Position numbers and translations under genes: made by a program. The notes beneath the pieces are model-generated. The model saw only the letters and a program-made list of their open reading frames with translations. It was not told the DNA's origin and did not search any database. From assembly GCA_002269645.1 (NCBI GenBank), contig NIVC01001909.1:1-64000 (forward strand): DNA of 64,000 bases. The letters are read 5' to 3'. Origin of the DNA: Macrostomum lignano (taxonomy: Eukaryota). Each line of letters begins with the position of its first letter. Position 1 is the stretch's first letter. Positions 10,683 to 23,616 of this stretch are shown piece by piece.

Positions 10683-13600
10683 TCAGGGCAATTCTTGGGG
10701 CAGTTTGAGGGTGATTCTTTAGGAAGCTTAAGGGTGATTCTTTAGACAGTTTAAGGGTGATTCTTTAGGAAGCTTAAGGGTTATTCTTTAGACAGTTTAA
10801 GGGTGATTCTTTAGGTAGCTTAAGGGTGATTCTTTAGACAGTTTAAGGGTGATTCTTTAGGTAGCTTAAGGGTGATTCTTTAGACAGTTTAAGGGTGATT
10901 CTTTAGGTAGCTTAAGGGTGATTCTTTAGACAGTTTAAGGGTGATTCTTTAGGTAGCTTAAGGGTGATTCTTTAGACAGTTTAAGGGTGATTCTTTAGGT
11001 AGCTTAAGGGTGATTCTTTAGACAGTTTAAGGGTGATTCTTTAGGTAGCTTAAGGGTGATTCTTTAGACAGTTTAAGGGTGATTCTTTAGGTAGCTTAAG
11101 GGTAATTCTTTAGACAGTTTAAGGGTGATTCTTTAGGTAGCTTAAGGGTGATTCTTTAGACAGTTTAAGGGTGATTCTTTAGGTAGCTTAAGGGTGATTC
11201 TTTAGACAGTTTAAGGGTGATTCTTTAGGTAGCTTAAGGGTGATTCTTTAGACAGTTTAAGGGTGATTCTTTAGGTAGCTTAAGGGTGATTCTTTAGACA
11301 GTTTAAGGGTGATTCTTTAGGTAGCTTAAGGGTGATTCTTTAGACAGTTTAAGGGTGATTCTTTAGGTAGCTTAAGGGTGATTCTTTAGACAGTTTAAGG
11401 GTGATTCTTTAGGTAGCTTAAGGGTGATTCTTTAGGCAGTTTAAGGGTGATTCTTTAGGTAGCTTAAGGGTTATTCTTTAGACAGTTTAAGGGTGATTCT
11501 TTAGGAAGCTTAAGGGTGATTCTTTAGACAGTTTAAGGGTGATTCTTTAGGTAGCTTAAGGGTTATTCTTTAGACAGTTTAAGGGTGATTCTTTAGGTAG
11601 CTTAAGGGTGATTCTTTAGACAGTTTAAGGGTGATTCTTTAGGAAGCTTAAGGGTTATTCTTTAGACAGTTTAAGGGTGATTCTTTAGGTAGCTTAAGGG
11701 TGATTCTTTAGACAGTTTAAGGGTGATTCTTTAGGTAGCTTAAGGGTGATTCTTTAGACAGTTTAAGGGTGATTCTTTAGGTAGCTTAAGGGTGATTCTT
11801 TAGACAGTTTAAGGGTGATTCTTTAGGTAGCTTAAGGGTGATTCTTTAGACAGTTTAAGGGTGATTCTGTTGGTAGTTTAAGAATAATTCTTTAGGCAGT
11901 TAAAGGGTGATTCTGTAGGTGGTTTAAAGGTGATTCTGTAGGTGGTTTAAAGGTGATTCTGTAGGTGGTTTAAAGGTGATTCTGTAGGTGGTTTAAAGGT
12001 GATTCTGTAGGTAGTTTAAAGGTGATTCTGTAGGTAGTTTAAAGGTGATTCTGTAGGTAGTTTAAAGGTGATTCTGTAGGTAGTTTAAGGGTGATTCTTT
12101 AGGCAGTTTATGGGTGATTCTGTAGGTAGTTTAAGGGTAATTCTTAATGTATGTTAAGGGTAATTCTTTAGGCAGTTTGAGGGTGATTCTGTAGGTAGTT
12201 TAAGGGTAATTCTTTAGGCAGTTTAAGGGTGATTCTGTAGGTAGTTTAAATGTGATTCTGTAGGTAGTTTAAAGGTGATTCTGTAGGTAGTTTAAAGGTG
12301 ATTCTGTAGGTGGTTTAAAGGTGATTCTGTAGGTAGTTTAAAGGTGATTCTGTAGGTAGTTTAAAGGTGATTCTGTAGGTAGTTTAAGGGTGATTCTTTA
12401 GACAGTTTAAGGGTGATTCTGTTGGTAGTTTAAGAATAATTCTTTAGGCAGTCAAAAGGTGATTCTGTAGGTGGTTTAAAGGTGATTCTGTAGGTAGTTT
12501 AAAGGTGATTCTGTAGGTAGTTTAAAGGTGATTCTGTAGGTAGTTTAAGGGTGATTCTTTAGGCAGTTTATGGGTGATTCTATAGGTAGTTTAAGGGTAA
12601 TTCTTAATGTATGTTAAGGGTAATTCTTTAGGCAGTTTGAGGGTGATTCTGTAGGTAGTTTAAGGGTAATTCTTTAGGCAGTTTAAGGGTGATTCTGTAG
12701 GTGGTTTAAAGGTGATTCTGTAGGTAGTTTAAAGGTGATTCTGTAGGTAGTTTAAAGGTGATTCTGTAGGTAGTTTAAAGGTGATTCTGTAGGTGGTTTA
12801 AAGGTGATTCTGTAGGTAGTTTAAAGGTGATTCTGTAGGTAGTTTAAAGGTGATTCTGTAGGTAGTTTAAAGGTGATTCTGTAGGTGGTTTAAAGGTGAT
12901 TCTGTAGGTAGTTTAAAGGTGATTCTGTAGGTAGTTTAAAGGTGATTCTGTAGGTAGTTTAAGGGTGATTCTTTAGACAGTTTAAGGGTGATTATGTTGG
13001 TAGTTTAAGAATAATTCTTTAGGCAGTTAAAGGGTGATTCTGTAGGTGGTTTAAAGGTGATTCTGTAGGTGGTTTAAAGGTGATTCTGTAGGTGGTTTAA
13101 AGGTGATTCTGTAGGTGGTTTAAAGGTGATTCTGTAGGTGGTTTAAAGGTGATTCTGTAGGTAGTTTAAAGGTGATTCTGTAGGTAGTTTAAAGGTGATT
13201 CTGTAGGTAGTTTAAATGTGATTCTGTAGGTAGTTTAAGGGTGATTCTTTAGGCAGTTTATGGGTGATTCTGTAGGTAGTTTAAGGGTAATTCTTAATGT
13301 ATGTTAAGGGTAATTCTTTAGGCAGTTTGAGGGTGATTCTGTAGGTAGTTTAAGGGTAATTCTTTAGGCACTTTAAGGGTGATTCTGTAGGTGGTTTAAA
13401 GGTGATTCTGTAGGTAGTTTAAAGGTGATTCTGTAGGTGGTTTAAAGGTGATTCTGTAGGTAGTTTAAAGGTGATTCTGTAGGTAGTTTAAAGGTGATTC
13501 TGTAGGTAGTTTAAAGGTGATTCTGTAGGTAGTTTAAAGGTGATTCTGTAGGTAATTTAAAGGTGATTCTGTAGGTGGTTTAAAGGTGATTCTGTAGGTA

Positions 13601-14190
13601 GTTTAAAGGTGATTCTGTAGGCAGTTTATGGGTGATTCTGTAGGTAGTTTAAGGGTGATTCTTTAGGCAGTTTATGGGTGATTCTGTAGGTAGTTTAAGG
13701 GTAATTCTTAATGTATGTTAAGGGTAATTCTTTAGGCAGTTTGAGGGTGATTCTGTAGGTAGTTTAAGGGTAATTCTTTAGGCAGTTTAAGGGTGATTCT
13801 GTAGGTGGTTTAAAGGTGATTCTGTAGGTGGTTTAAGGGTGATTCTGTAGGTAGTTTAAAGGTGATTCTGTAGGTAGTTTAAAGGTGATTCTGTAGGTAG
13901 TTTAAGGGTGATTCTTTAGGCAGTTTATGGGTGATTCTGTAGGTAGTTTAAGGGTAATTCTTAATGTATGTTAAGGGTAATTCTTTAGGCAGTTTAAGGG
14001 TGATTCTGTAGGTAGTTTAAGGGTAATTCTTTGGGCAGTTTAAGGGTGATTCTGTAGGTAGTTTAAGAGTGATTCTGTAGGTAGTTTAAAGGCGATTCTG
14101 TAGGTAGTTTAAGGGTAATTCTTTGGGCAGTTTAAGGGCGATTATCAATTTAGTTTAAGGGTGATTCTTGGGGTATTTTAAGGGCGATTC
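10683..14190. repeat. 23-bp satellite (AAGGGTGATTCTTTAGACAGTTT / AAGGGTGATTCTTTAGGTAGCTT / AAAGGTGATTCTGTAGGTAGTTT)
   Basis: The 23-bp period is read directly; about 150 units. It is an alternating dimer to ~11870, then a different variant with higher-order blocks. Confidence 0.97.
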
Positions 14191-14731
14191 TCAAATGCAG
14201 TGAGTGAATAAGCTACTCTTTCTCGAGTTTAAGGTAGTAGTTTTTAAATAGATTTTTTGCGAAGCCTAGATAGAAACAATATATATTTGTAGATAGATAT
14301 AAATTAATTTTGCGTTTGCGTTCGGTAAGATTGCATCTCTTACACTCTGTTCAGGCCCTCTTAATATTATCCCCTGTTGGGTTTCCTACAGCAGTTCAAT
14401 TATCGCGCTCGCAGCATTGCATTTATCACGCTTCAACTCCTTCATCAACAACTACTAATTAACTGATAATTTACTTTCTTGTGCTACTGCTAACATTGGA
14501 AATAGCCATGTGTATATTGCCTCTGGCAAGTTCGCAAACTAGATAAACAGATTTCCTCATTTGGTCACGGCTGTCTTGATCGTGCGTGAATAATTGCTTC
14601 ATTCTATATTTAGATCTGTCTGTATTGATCGCACTTTCTGAGTACGGACAAAATATTGAGCTCTGATTGTCCGTTCCAAGCAGCATTGCAAACAGATCAA
14701 AGTCAAAACTGAACGCATGCAAACTAAATTC

Positions 14732-16930
14732 ATGGCCGAAGCAGCTCTGTCCCCATCTTTTGCAAACAATCACCATCCGCAACCTGACCGGTATGGCTTC
14801 TATAGTGACACGCCCGGCAATAGTGTCGCTTCTCCCTCGTCTACCTTAGCCTCCGGCGCTACTAGCAGTAGTCGGTCCCGTTCCGAAGCTGTTGAAATTA
14901 TCCGTCGACGCGAAAAGAAATGGCTAGATATGTTAAATAATTGGGCAAAGGTGATTGCTAAAGACTATCAATTAGTTAGGGAACGATGTCGCAAAGGTAT
15001 TCCGGATTCTGTGCGGCCTAAAGTTTGGTTTCATCTGTGCGGCGCATTTTATATTAACCGAGACGATCCGGATCTGTACAGGAAATGCATGACTAAGGTT
15101 CCCAATGAACGGGTGAGCAGATTTTGTCTAGTCTACTGATTTGTGGGCATTTTCAATTGCAATGTACTCTGCGAAAATTAGAGTCGATATTGTTCTGGGA
15201 CCCCACCTCAGTTGAAGCGAGTGGAGTGGTGGGCCTTTGCACCACCCGCTTCAATTTAAGCTAATGGGATGGTGGGCCTTTGCACCACCCGCTTCAATTA
15301 AAGCTAATGGGGTGGTGGGCCTTTGCACCACCCGCTTCAATTAAAGCTAATGGGGTGGTGGGCCTTTGCACCACCCGCTTCAATTAAAGCTAATGGGGTG
15401 GTGGGCCTTTGCACCACCCGCTTCAATTAAAGCTAATGGGGTGGTGGGCCTTTGCACCACCCGCTTCAATTAAAGCTAATGGGGTGGTGGGCCTTTGCAC
15501 CACCCGCTTCAATTAAAGCTAATGGGGTGGTGGGCCTTTGCACCACCCGCTTCAATTAAAGCTAATGGGGTGGTGGGCCTTTGCACCACCCGCTTCAATT
15601 AAAGCTAATGGGGTGGTGGGCCTTTGCACCACCCGCTTCAATTAAAGCTAATGGGGTGGTGGGCCTTTGCACCACCCGCTTCAATTAAAGCTAATGGGGT
15701 GGTGGGCCTTTGCACCACCCGCTTCAATTAAAGCTAATGGGGTGGTGGGCCTTTGCACCACCCGCTTCAATTAAAGCTAATGGGGTGGTGGGCCTTTGCA
15801 CCACCCGCTTCAATTAAAGCTAATGGGGTGGTGGGCCTTTGCACCACCCGCTTCAATTTAAGCTAGTGGAGTAATGGGCCTTTATACCCCGCTTCAATTA
15901 AAGCTAGTGGGGTGGTGGGCCTTTGCACCACCCGCCTCAATTTAAGCTCTTTGGGTGATGGGCCTTGGTACGCTTGCCCCAATTAAAGCTAGCCAATTAA
16001 AATTGATTTAGACGGCCGACGAAATCGAGCGCGATCTAGAACGTCAATTTCCCCATCACGAGCTGTTCATGCAGCCAGACGGTCACGGTCAGCAAGCCTT
16101 GCGTCGCGTACTTCGCGCCTACGCTGGCGCTTTTCCCGATGTTGGTTATTGTCAGGCAATGGCGCCTCTGGCTGGCGCCCTCCTATTGCACATGCCCGAA
16201 TCTGACACCTTCTACACGGTGTACATCCTGTTTGATAAGTACATGCGCGGCTATTTCCGACCGGGTCTAGACGCTGTACAAGTCGACGGCCAGATATTGT
16301 ACGGACTGTTAAAGCGATTAAATCAACCAATTTACAAGCATTTGGTCAAGTATAAAGTTGAACCGTTGCACTTTATGGTTGATTGGTTCATGTGCCTGTA
16401 CGTGAGAACTCTGCCGTGGCCTACTCTGCTACGAGTCTGGGATGTCTACTTCTGCGAGGGTGAGTAGCTCAATCCCCATCAGTGTTTACTGTTAATCCCC
16501 ACTCAGTGTTTATCCCCATCAGCATTAAACCCTACTCATGGTTTTATTCCCATAAGTGTTAATGTTAATCCTAAAGCTAGCCGCAGCACCATTATGTTTC
16601 AATATTTATTAATTGTCATCAGTTTATCCCCAAACCGATCCCAACCCAGGTGTGAAAGTAGTCTTTCGCGTCGCAATCGCCCTGGTCACCGCCGTGCTCG
16701 GCTCCTCTGCTCAACGCCGTCGCCTGCGCTCATTCGAAGACACCCTGGACAGCCTGCGCCGCCTGCCGGCCTCCGCCACTCAGGCTGCTGTGCTGCTGCC
16801 GGCCGCGCTGAAGCTGCAGCTGTCCGCTGCCGACTTCGAGCGCGAGCATCAGAAGCAGTTTCGATTGTTTAATCTGCGTAAGCTTGCCCGGCAGCAGCAG
16901 GTGCAGGAGCAGCAGGAGGCTGCAGTATAG
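14732..16930 (+). CDS. TBC1D10: TBC1D10 (EPI64)-family Rab GTPase-activating protein, 3 coding exons
   Basis: Exons 14732 (or 14717)-15112, 16012-16459 and 16650-16930 join in frame with GT-AG (phases 0 and 1). Motifs: DRYGF, REKKWLDML, RCRKGIPDSVRPKVW, IERDLERQFP (Arg finger), GYCQAM (Gln finger), LPWPTLLRVWD, EGVKVVFRVAI. Confidence 0.93.
15209..15990. repeat. 43-bp intronic minisatellite with an internal hairpin (GGGTGGTG-ggcctttg-CACCACCC)
   Basis: About 18 copies filling TBC1D10 intron 1; period 43 (GCTTC at 15248, 15291, 15334). Confidence 0.95.
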
Positions 16931-17010
16931 GCACTTGTCATTTCTGCTTGGCTGTGCCTGCGCTTGGGGTGACTTGGGTTGCTGGCCTTTAAAATTTCCT
17001 TAGTTGCCAC

Positions 17011-19997
17011 CCTCCCAGATCCTCAGTTGCCAGCCTCCCCCAGATCCTCAGTTGCTAGGCGAGCCTCCCAGATCCTCAGTTGCTGGGCCAGCCTCCCAGA
17101 TCCTTAGCTGGGCCAGCCTCCCAGATCCTCAGTAGCTGGGCCAGCCTCCCAGATCCTCAGTAGCTGTGCCAGCCTCCCAGATCCTCAGTAGCTGGGCCAG
17201 CCTCCCAGATCCTCAGTTGCTAGGCGAGCCTCCCAGATCCTCAGTAGCTGGGCCAGCCTCCCAGATCCTCAGTAGCTGGGCCAGCCTCCCAGATCCTCAG
17301 TTGCTGGGCTAGCCTCCCAGATCCTTAGCTGGGCCAGCCTCCCAGATCCTCAGTATCTGGGCCAGCCTCCCAGATCCTCATTAGCTGTGCCAGCCTCCCA
17401 GATCCTCAGTAGCTGGGCCAGCCTCCCAGATCCTCAGTAGCTGGGCCAGCCTCCCAGATCCTCAGTAGCTGTGCCAGCCTCCCAGATCCTCAGTAGCTGG
17501 GCCAGCCTCCCAGATCCTCAGTAGCTGGGCCAGCCTCCCAGATTCTCAGTAGCTGGGCCAGCCTCCCAGATTCTCAGTAGCTGGGCCAGCCTCCCAGATT
17601 CTCAGTAGCTGGGCCAGCCTCCCAGATTCTCAGTAGCTGGGCCAGCCTCCCAGATCCTTAGCTGGGCCAGCCTCCCAGATCCTCAGTATCTGGGCCAGCC
17701 TCCCAGATCCTCAGTAGCTGGGCCAGCCTCCCAGATCCTCAGTAGCTGGGCCAGCCTCCCAGATCCTCAGTAGCTGTGCCAGCCTCCCAGATCCTCAGTA
17801 GCTGGGCTAGCCTCCCAGATCCTTAGCTGGGCCAGCCTCCCAGATCCTCAGTATCTGGGCCAGCCTCCCAGATCCTCAGTAGCTGGGCCAGCCTCCCAGA
17901 TCCTTAGCTGGGCCAGCCTCCCAGATCCTCAGTATCTGGGCCAGCCTCCCAGATCCTCAGTAGCTGGGCCAGCCTCCCAGATCCTCAGTAGCTGTGCCAG
18001 CCTCCCAGATCCTCAGTTGCTGGGCTAGCCTCCCAGATCCTTAGCTGGGCCAGCCTCCCAGATCCTCAGTATCTGGGCCAGCCTCCCAGATCCTCAGTAG
18101 CTGGGCCAGCCTCCCAGATCCTTAGCTGGGCCAGCCTCCCAGATCCTCAGTATCTGGGCCAGCCTCCCAGATCCTCAGTAGCTGGGCCAGCCTCCCAGAT
18201 CCTCAGTAGCTGGGCCAGCCTCCCAGATTCTCAGTAGCTGGACCAGCCTCCCAGATTCTCAGTAGCTGGGCCAGCCTCCCAGATCCTCAGTTGCTGGGCT
18301 AGCCTCCCAGATCCTTAGCTGGGCCAGCCTCCCAGATCCTCAGTATCTGGGCCAGCCTCCCAGATCCTCAGTAGCTGGGCCAGCCTCCCAGATTCTCAGT
18401 AGCTGGGCCAGCCTCCCAGATTCTCAGTAGCTGGGCCAGCCTCCCAGATTCTCAGTAGCTGGGCCAGCCTCCCAGATCCTCAGTATCTGGGCCAGCCTCC
18501 CAGATCCTCAGTAGCTGGGCCAGCCTCCCAGATCCTCAGTAGCTGGGCCAGCCTCCCAGATCCTCAGTAGCTGTGCCAGCCTCCCAGATCCTCAGTAGCT
18601 GGGCTAGCCTCCCAGATCCTTAGCTGGGCCAGCCTCCCAGATCCTCAGTATCTGGGCCAGCCTCCCAGATCCTCAGTAGCTGGGCCAGCCTCCCAGATTC
18701 TCAGTAGCTGGGCCAGCCTCCCAGATCCTCAGTATCTGGGCCAGCCTCCCAGATCCTCAGTAGCTGGGCCAGCCTCCCAGATCCTCAGTAGCTGTGCCAG
18801 CCTCCCAGATCCTCAGTTGCTGGGCTAGCCTCCCAGATCCTTAGCTGGGCCAGCCTCCCAGATCCTCAGTATCTGGGCCAGCCTCCCAGATCCTCAGTAG
18901 CTGGGCCAGCCTCCCAGATCCTTAGCTGGGCCAGCCTCCCAGATCCTCAGTATCTGGGCCAGCCTCCCAGATCCTCAGTAGCTGGGCCAGCCTCCCAGAT
19001 CCTCAGTAGCTGGGCCAGCCTCCCAGATTCTCAGTAGCTGGACCAGCCTCCCAGATTCTCAGTAGCTGGGCCAGCCTCCCAGATCCTCAGTTGCTGGGCT
19101 AGCCTCCCAGATCCTTAGCTGGGCCAGCCTCCCAGATCCTCAGTATCTGGGCCAGCCTCCCAGATTCTCAGTAGCTGGGCCAGCCTCCCAGATTCTCAGT
19201 AGCTGGGCCAGCCTCCCAGATTCTCAGTAGCTGGGCCAGCCTCCCAGATCCTCAGTTGCTGGGCCAGCCTCCCAGATCCTCAGTAGCTGTGCCAGCCTCC
19301 CAGATCCTCAGTTGCTGGGCTAGCCTCCCAGATCCTTAGCTGGGCCAGCCTCCCAGATCCTCAGTATCTGGGCCAGCCTCCCAGATCCTCAGTAGCTGTG
19401 CCAGCCTCCCAGATCCTCAGTAGCTGGGCCAGCCTCCCAGATCCTCAGTAGCTGGGCCAGCCTCCCAGATTCTCAGTAGCTGGACCAGCCTCCCAGATCC
19501 TTAGCTGGGCCAGCCTCCCAGATCCTCAGTTGCTGGGCTAGCCTCCCAGATCCTTAGCTGGGCCAGCCTCCCAGATCCTCAGTAGCTGTGCCAGCCTCCC
19601 AGATCCTCAGTAGCTGTGCCAGCCTCCCAGATCCTCAGTAGCTGGGCCAGCCTCCCAGATCCTCAGTAGCTGGGCCAGCCTCCCAGATCCTCAGTAGCTG
19701 GGCCAGCCTCCCAGATCCTCAGTTTCTAGGCGAGCCTCCCAGATCCTCTGTTGCTGGGCCAGCCTCCCAGATCCTCATTATCTGGGCCAGCCTCCCAGAT
19801 CCTCAGTAGCTGGGCCAGCCTCCCAGATCCTCAGTAGCTGGGCCAGCCTCCCAGATCCTCAGTATCTGGGCCAGCCTCCCAGATCCTCAGTTGCTGGGCC
19901 AGCCTCTCAGATCCTCAGTTGCTGGGCCAGCCTCCCAGATCCTCAGTTGCTGGGCCAGCCTCCCAGATCCTCAGTTGCTGGGCCAGCCTCTCAGATC
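17011..19997. repeat. 28-bp satellite (GGGCCAGCCTCCCAGATCCTCAGTAGCT) with 25-bp deletion variants
   Basis: About 105 copies starting ~80 bp after the TBC1D10 stop codon. Confidence 0.97.
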
Positions 19998-21319
19998 CCA
20001 TATTTCGCAGTGCAATCAATCAAATCTCATGCTATGATTACAGCTCTAAAATTATAGATCTGCTTATTATTACGTCACTGAATGGATAGAGCTTGGATTT
20101 ATCTAGACTAGCCGCAGTTTTTTAATTTATTATCATCAAAATATTTTTCTCTGTTTCGTAAATCAAAGCTACTTTCCATCTGCTGCTGCTTACTGGGGTC
20201 GCCGTTGCCTCTGGCTGGTTGCCCTGTGTTGAATTCAATCTTTTTCTACATTTTTCTGGTTGCTTATTCGCTGTATTTATCGCCTAAGCAGAGCTTGATT
20301 TTTAATGATTAAGCAATGAAGATTATTATATTTTTAAAACTGTAATCTGGACCATTTAATACGTTGGTAATGCATTGCATCCTCAAAAGTATTAATTATA
20401 TTATTATATTGTTAATCAGCTTTTTCGTATTGCTTTTCAGTGCTTGTTGATTAGATTTAAAGCACTTTTGCCTTTGTGTACCTGTGTTTATGTGGGTATT
20501 TATGGGTCACACACCTGTGTTAATGCAGGTTTTCTTGTTTCACACACCTGTGGTTATAGAGACAAATCTATTTTTTAATAGTTTTCTAGTGTGCAATCAA
20601 ATATTGCGGAGTCTGCATAGTGCATGTGTATAATGGAGTTGCTGCTAGAGCCTGAATATTTTCACGTCTACACTTGTTTATGAATTATAAGCAAATTATT
20701 TATAATAAAGCTGTTTATCTACCATGTACAATATTTACATCTAAGCATATCGACGTTTTTTCTACTTACTAACCGGATTAGTAGTCATATATGCGTTCGA
20801 TACTACTACTTGAAAAGAGTAATCGCCTAATTTAGTGTGTTTTATTGATTGTTATCTTGATTTTCTAAGAAACACTTTGGTTTAGTCGTAGTGGGGCTTG
20901 GGGCCCATTCCTCTGGCCCCTAAGTTTCAGGGTGTATGAAACATTCTATAATAATATTCTCTACTAACAGTAGGCTGTTGCGGACAGTTTGCCGTCTCGA
21001 TCTCATTTTCAATCATGACCCACTCGGGGCAACTGTTAATTGAATAGGGTCGTCTCCTTCAAAGATTTTTCTCCCTTAGCTCTCGATTCAAGTGTGACTT
21101 GCACCTGGGCCTTCTCACTTGTCTTGTAGTCAGAACAGCTTTTTAATTAAACCCCCTGGGGCGCTGCATTGTTGGATTGAGCAGTATGACTAATTAGAAG
21201 CGTATTTAAATAATATCATAAGTCTTAGGGGTTGGTACATGTACTTTGGGATTTGTCTGAAAGTTAATTTAGAGCCTTGACTACCGCCTCCATCGGTGCC
21301 ATTGAAAATCAAAATCGAT

Positions 21320-21575
21320 ATTGATTTTGGCGCCATTGGTATTGATTTTGGCGCCCATCGATACTGATTTTGGCGCCATTGGTATTGATTTTGGCGCCCA
21401 TCGATACTGATTTTGGCGCCCATCGATACTGATTTTGGCGCCATTGGTATTGATTTTGGCGCCATTGGTATTGATTTTGGCGCCCATCGATACTGATTTT
21501 GGCGCCCATCGATACTGATTTTGGCGCCCATCGATACTGATTTTGGCGCCCATCGATACTGATTTTAGCGCCATC
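21320..21575. repeat. 21/22-bp minisatellite (TGATTTTGGCGCCCATCGATAC / TGATTTTGGCGCCATTGGTAT)
   Basis: About 11 tandem copies. Confidence 0.9.
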
Positions 21576-22267
21576 GGATTTTTTGAAAGAGACGTTTGGA
21601 AGGTTTCGGCGGCCTGTGAACCCTGTTGGACGCAGCGAAATACTTCGAAGAACAGATTTTACAAGTTTCACCTTCACTTGATTGCCGCAAAGCAAGAAGC
21701 AAAAATTTGCCTGGCCAAGCTGCCGGCACTGCGTTCTGTCACGGGTGGTCCCTGAGACCACCTGAGTAGTCGTTGGTCTGAGAGTATGAGACATCTCCCG
21801 CTCTCCCTTTACTAGATGAGAATAGACAAACTAACTTCCCCCACAGCTGACCAACGTTTAACAACTATAAATTCCATAACTTCCCCTTTCTCCTTCATCT
21901 TTTCCTGTGTCTGTCCAGAATCTGGGTCTATCTAGTCTGCCCAATTATTGCTAAGCAGAAATATATGACCTTAATAAAGTCGATTTCAAACTATGTGCAG
22001 CTGATCTTCTGTGTTTCCAAATCGAGTGAATTCTACTATAATCTATCTATCCAAGACTCGAGCTCTTTTTCAATTTTTGACCACCCAGATTGCTTGTAAA
22101 ACTGACTGCTGCTCATTTTTCGTTTCTGTTGGTTTAGTTTGAGTCCATGTACTCTAATTTACAGCTCGTATGCGCTGAATTTTGTTTTATTAGGAGACCA
22201 ACACCTGTTACTTATTATTGTTGCTTCTAGACACAGAACCCTAAAACCAGTATGCCTGTGTCCAAAT

Positions 22268-23075
22268 TACTGACAGAACCCTGAAACACCCAATGACTGA
22301 CAGATCCTGAAACACCCACTGACTGACAGATCCTTGAACACACCCACTGACTGACAGATCCTTGAACACACCCACTGACTGACAGATCCTTGAACACACC
22401 CACTGACTGACAGATCCCAGAAACACCCAATGACTGACAGATCCCTGAAACACCCACTGACTGACAGATCCCTGAAACACCCACTGACTGACAGATCCTT
22501 GAACACACCCACTGACTGACAGATCCCAGAAACACCCAATGACTGACAGATCCCTGAAATACCCACTGACTGACAGATCCCTGAAACACCCACTGACTGA
22601 CAGATCCTTGAACACACCCACTGACTGACAGATCCCAGAAACACCCAATGACTGACAGATCCCTGAAACACCCACTGACTGACAGATCCCTGAAACACCC
22701 AATGACTGACAGATCCCTGAAACACCCAATGACTGACAGATCCCAGAAACACCCAATGACTGACAGATCCTTGAACACACCCACTGACTGACAGATCCCT
22801 GAAACACCCAATGACTGACAGATCCCAGAAACACCCAATGACTGACAGATCCTTGAACACACCCACTGACTGACAGATCCTTGAACACACCCACTGACTG
22901 ACAGATCCCAGAAACACCCACTGACTGACAGATCCCAGAAACACCCACTGACTGACAGATCCCTGAAACACCCAATGACTGACAGATCCCAGAAACACCC
23001 ACTGATTGACAGATCCCTGAAACACTCACTGACTGACAGATCCCAGAAACACCCACTGACTGACAGAGCCCTGAA
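22268..23075. repeat. 27/28-bp minisatellite (CACTGACTGACAGATCCCTGAAACACC)
   Basis: About 29 tandem copies. Confidence 0.95.
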
Positions 23076-23616
23076 CCCAAAAGAAATGAACTATTTAAAT
23101 AAAATCATTTATGCTGTTTATACGGGCTGACAACTCCGTCATGTACCTATACTAAAAATATTTTTTACTCTTAAATGCATTTCTTGCGAGTTGTAGAAAA
23201 TGTCGTGAATGTTTTGTTCAGAAAAAGTGTGACAGCTAGTGAGCCAGTCAAGTTCCCTCAAACTGAGCCACACAAAGGCTGCCGTGTCAAATCTGAAATC
23301 CAGCGCCTCAATGCACCGTTTTGTGCGCGGTTGTGTGGATAATGGAAACTGGTTTGGTCTTTTCGCTGCTTCATGGCTTTCCATCGACACAGGAAATTTT
23401 GTTGAGAGTTCACTTCATTCGCCACCTTGCAGGGTGGGGCAGGGCTGTTGTTCCTTTCTTTCTTTCATTCAATCATTCATTCTTCGTTCACTTTTTTACT
23501 CCACTGGATTCTTCTGAATGGATTCCTTTCCAATGCGGCTGTCAACTGGCCCGGCACACTTTTGCCCGCATCGGATTCCGCTTCCGGTTTTGGCCCAAGG
23601 ACGCTTTGCAGAAGAA

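Noticed and set aside
10683-14190. Telomere-like TTTAGG content
   Set aside because: The motif is part of a 23-bp unit, not a tandem telomeric hexamer.
15209-15990. CRISPR-like array of hairpin repeats
   Set aside because: There are no unique spacers and no cas genes, and it sits in a spliceosomal intron; it is a plain tandem repeat.
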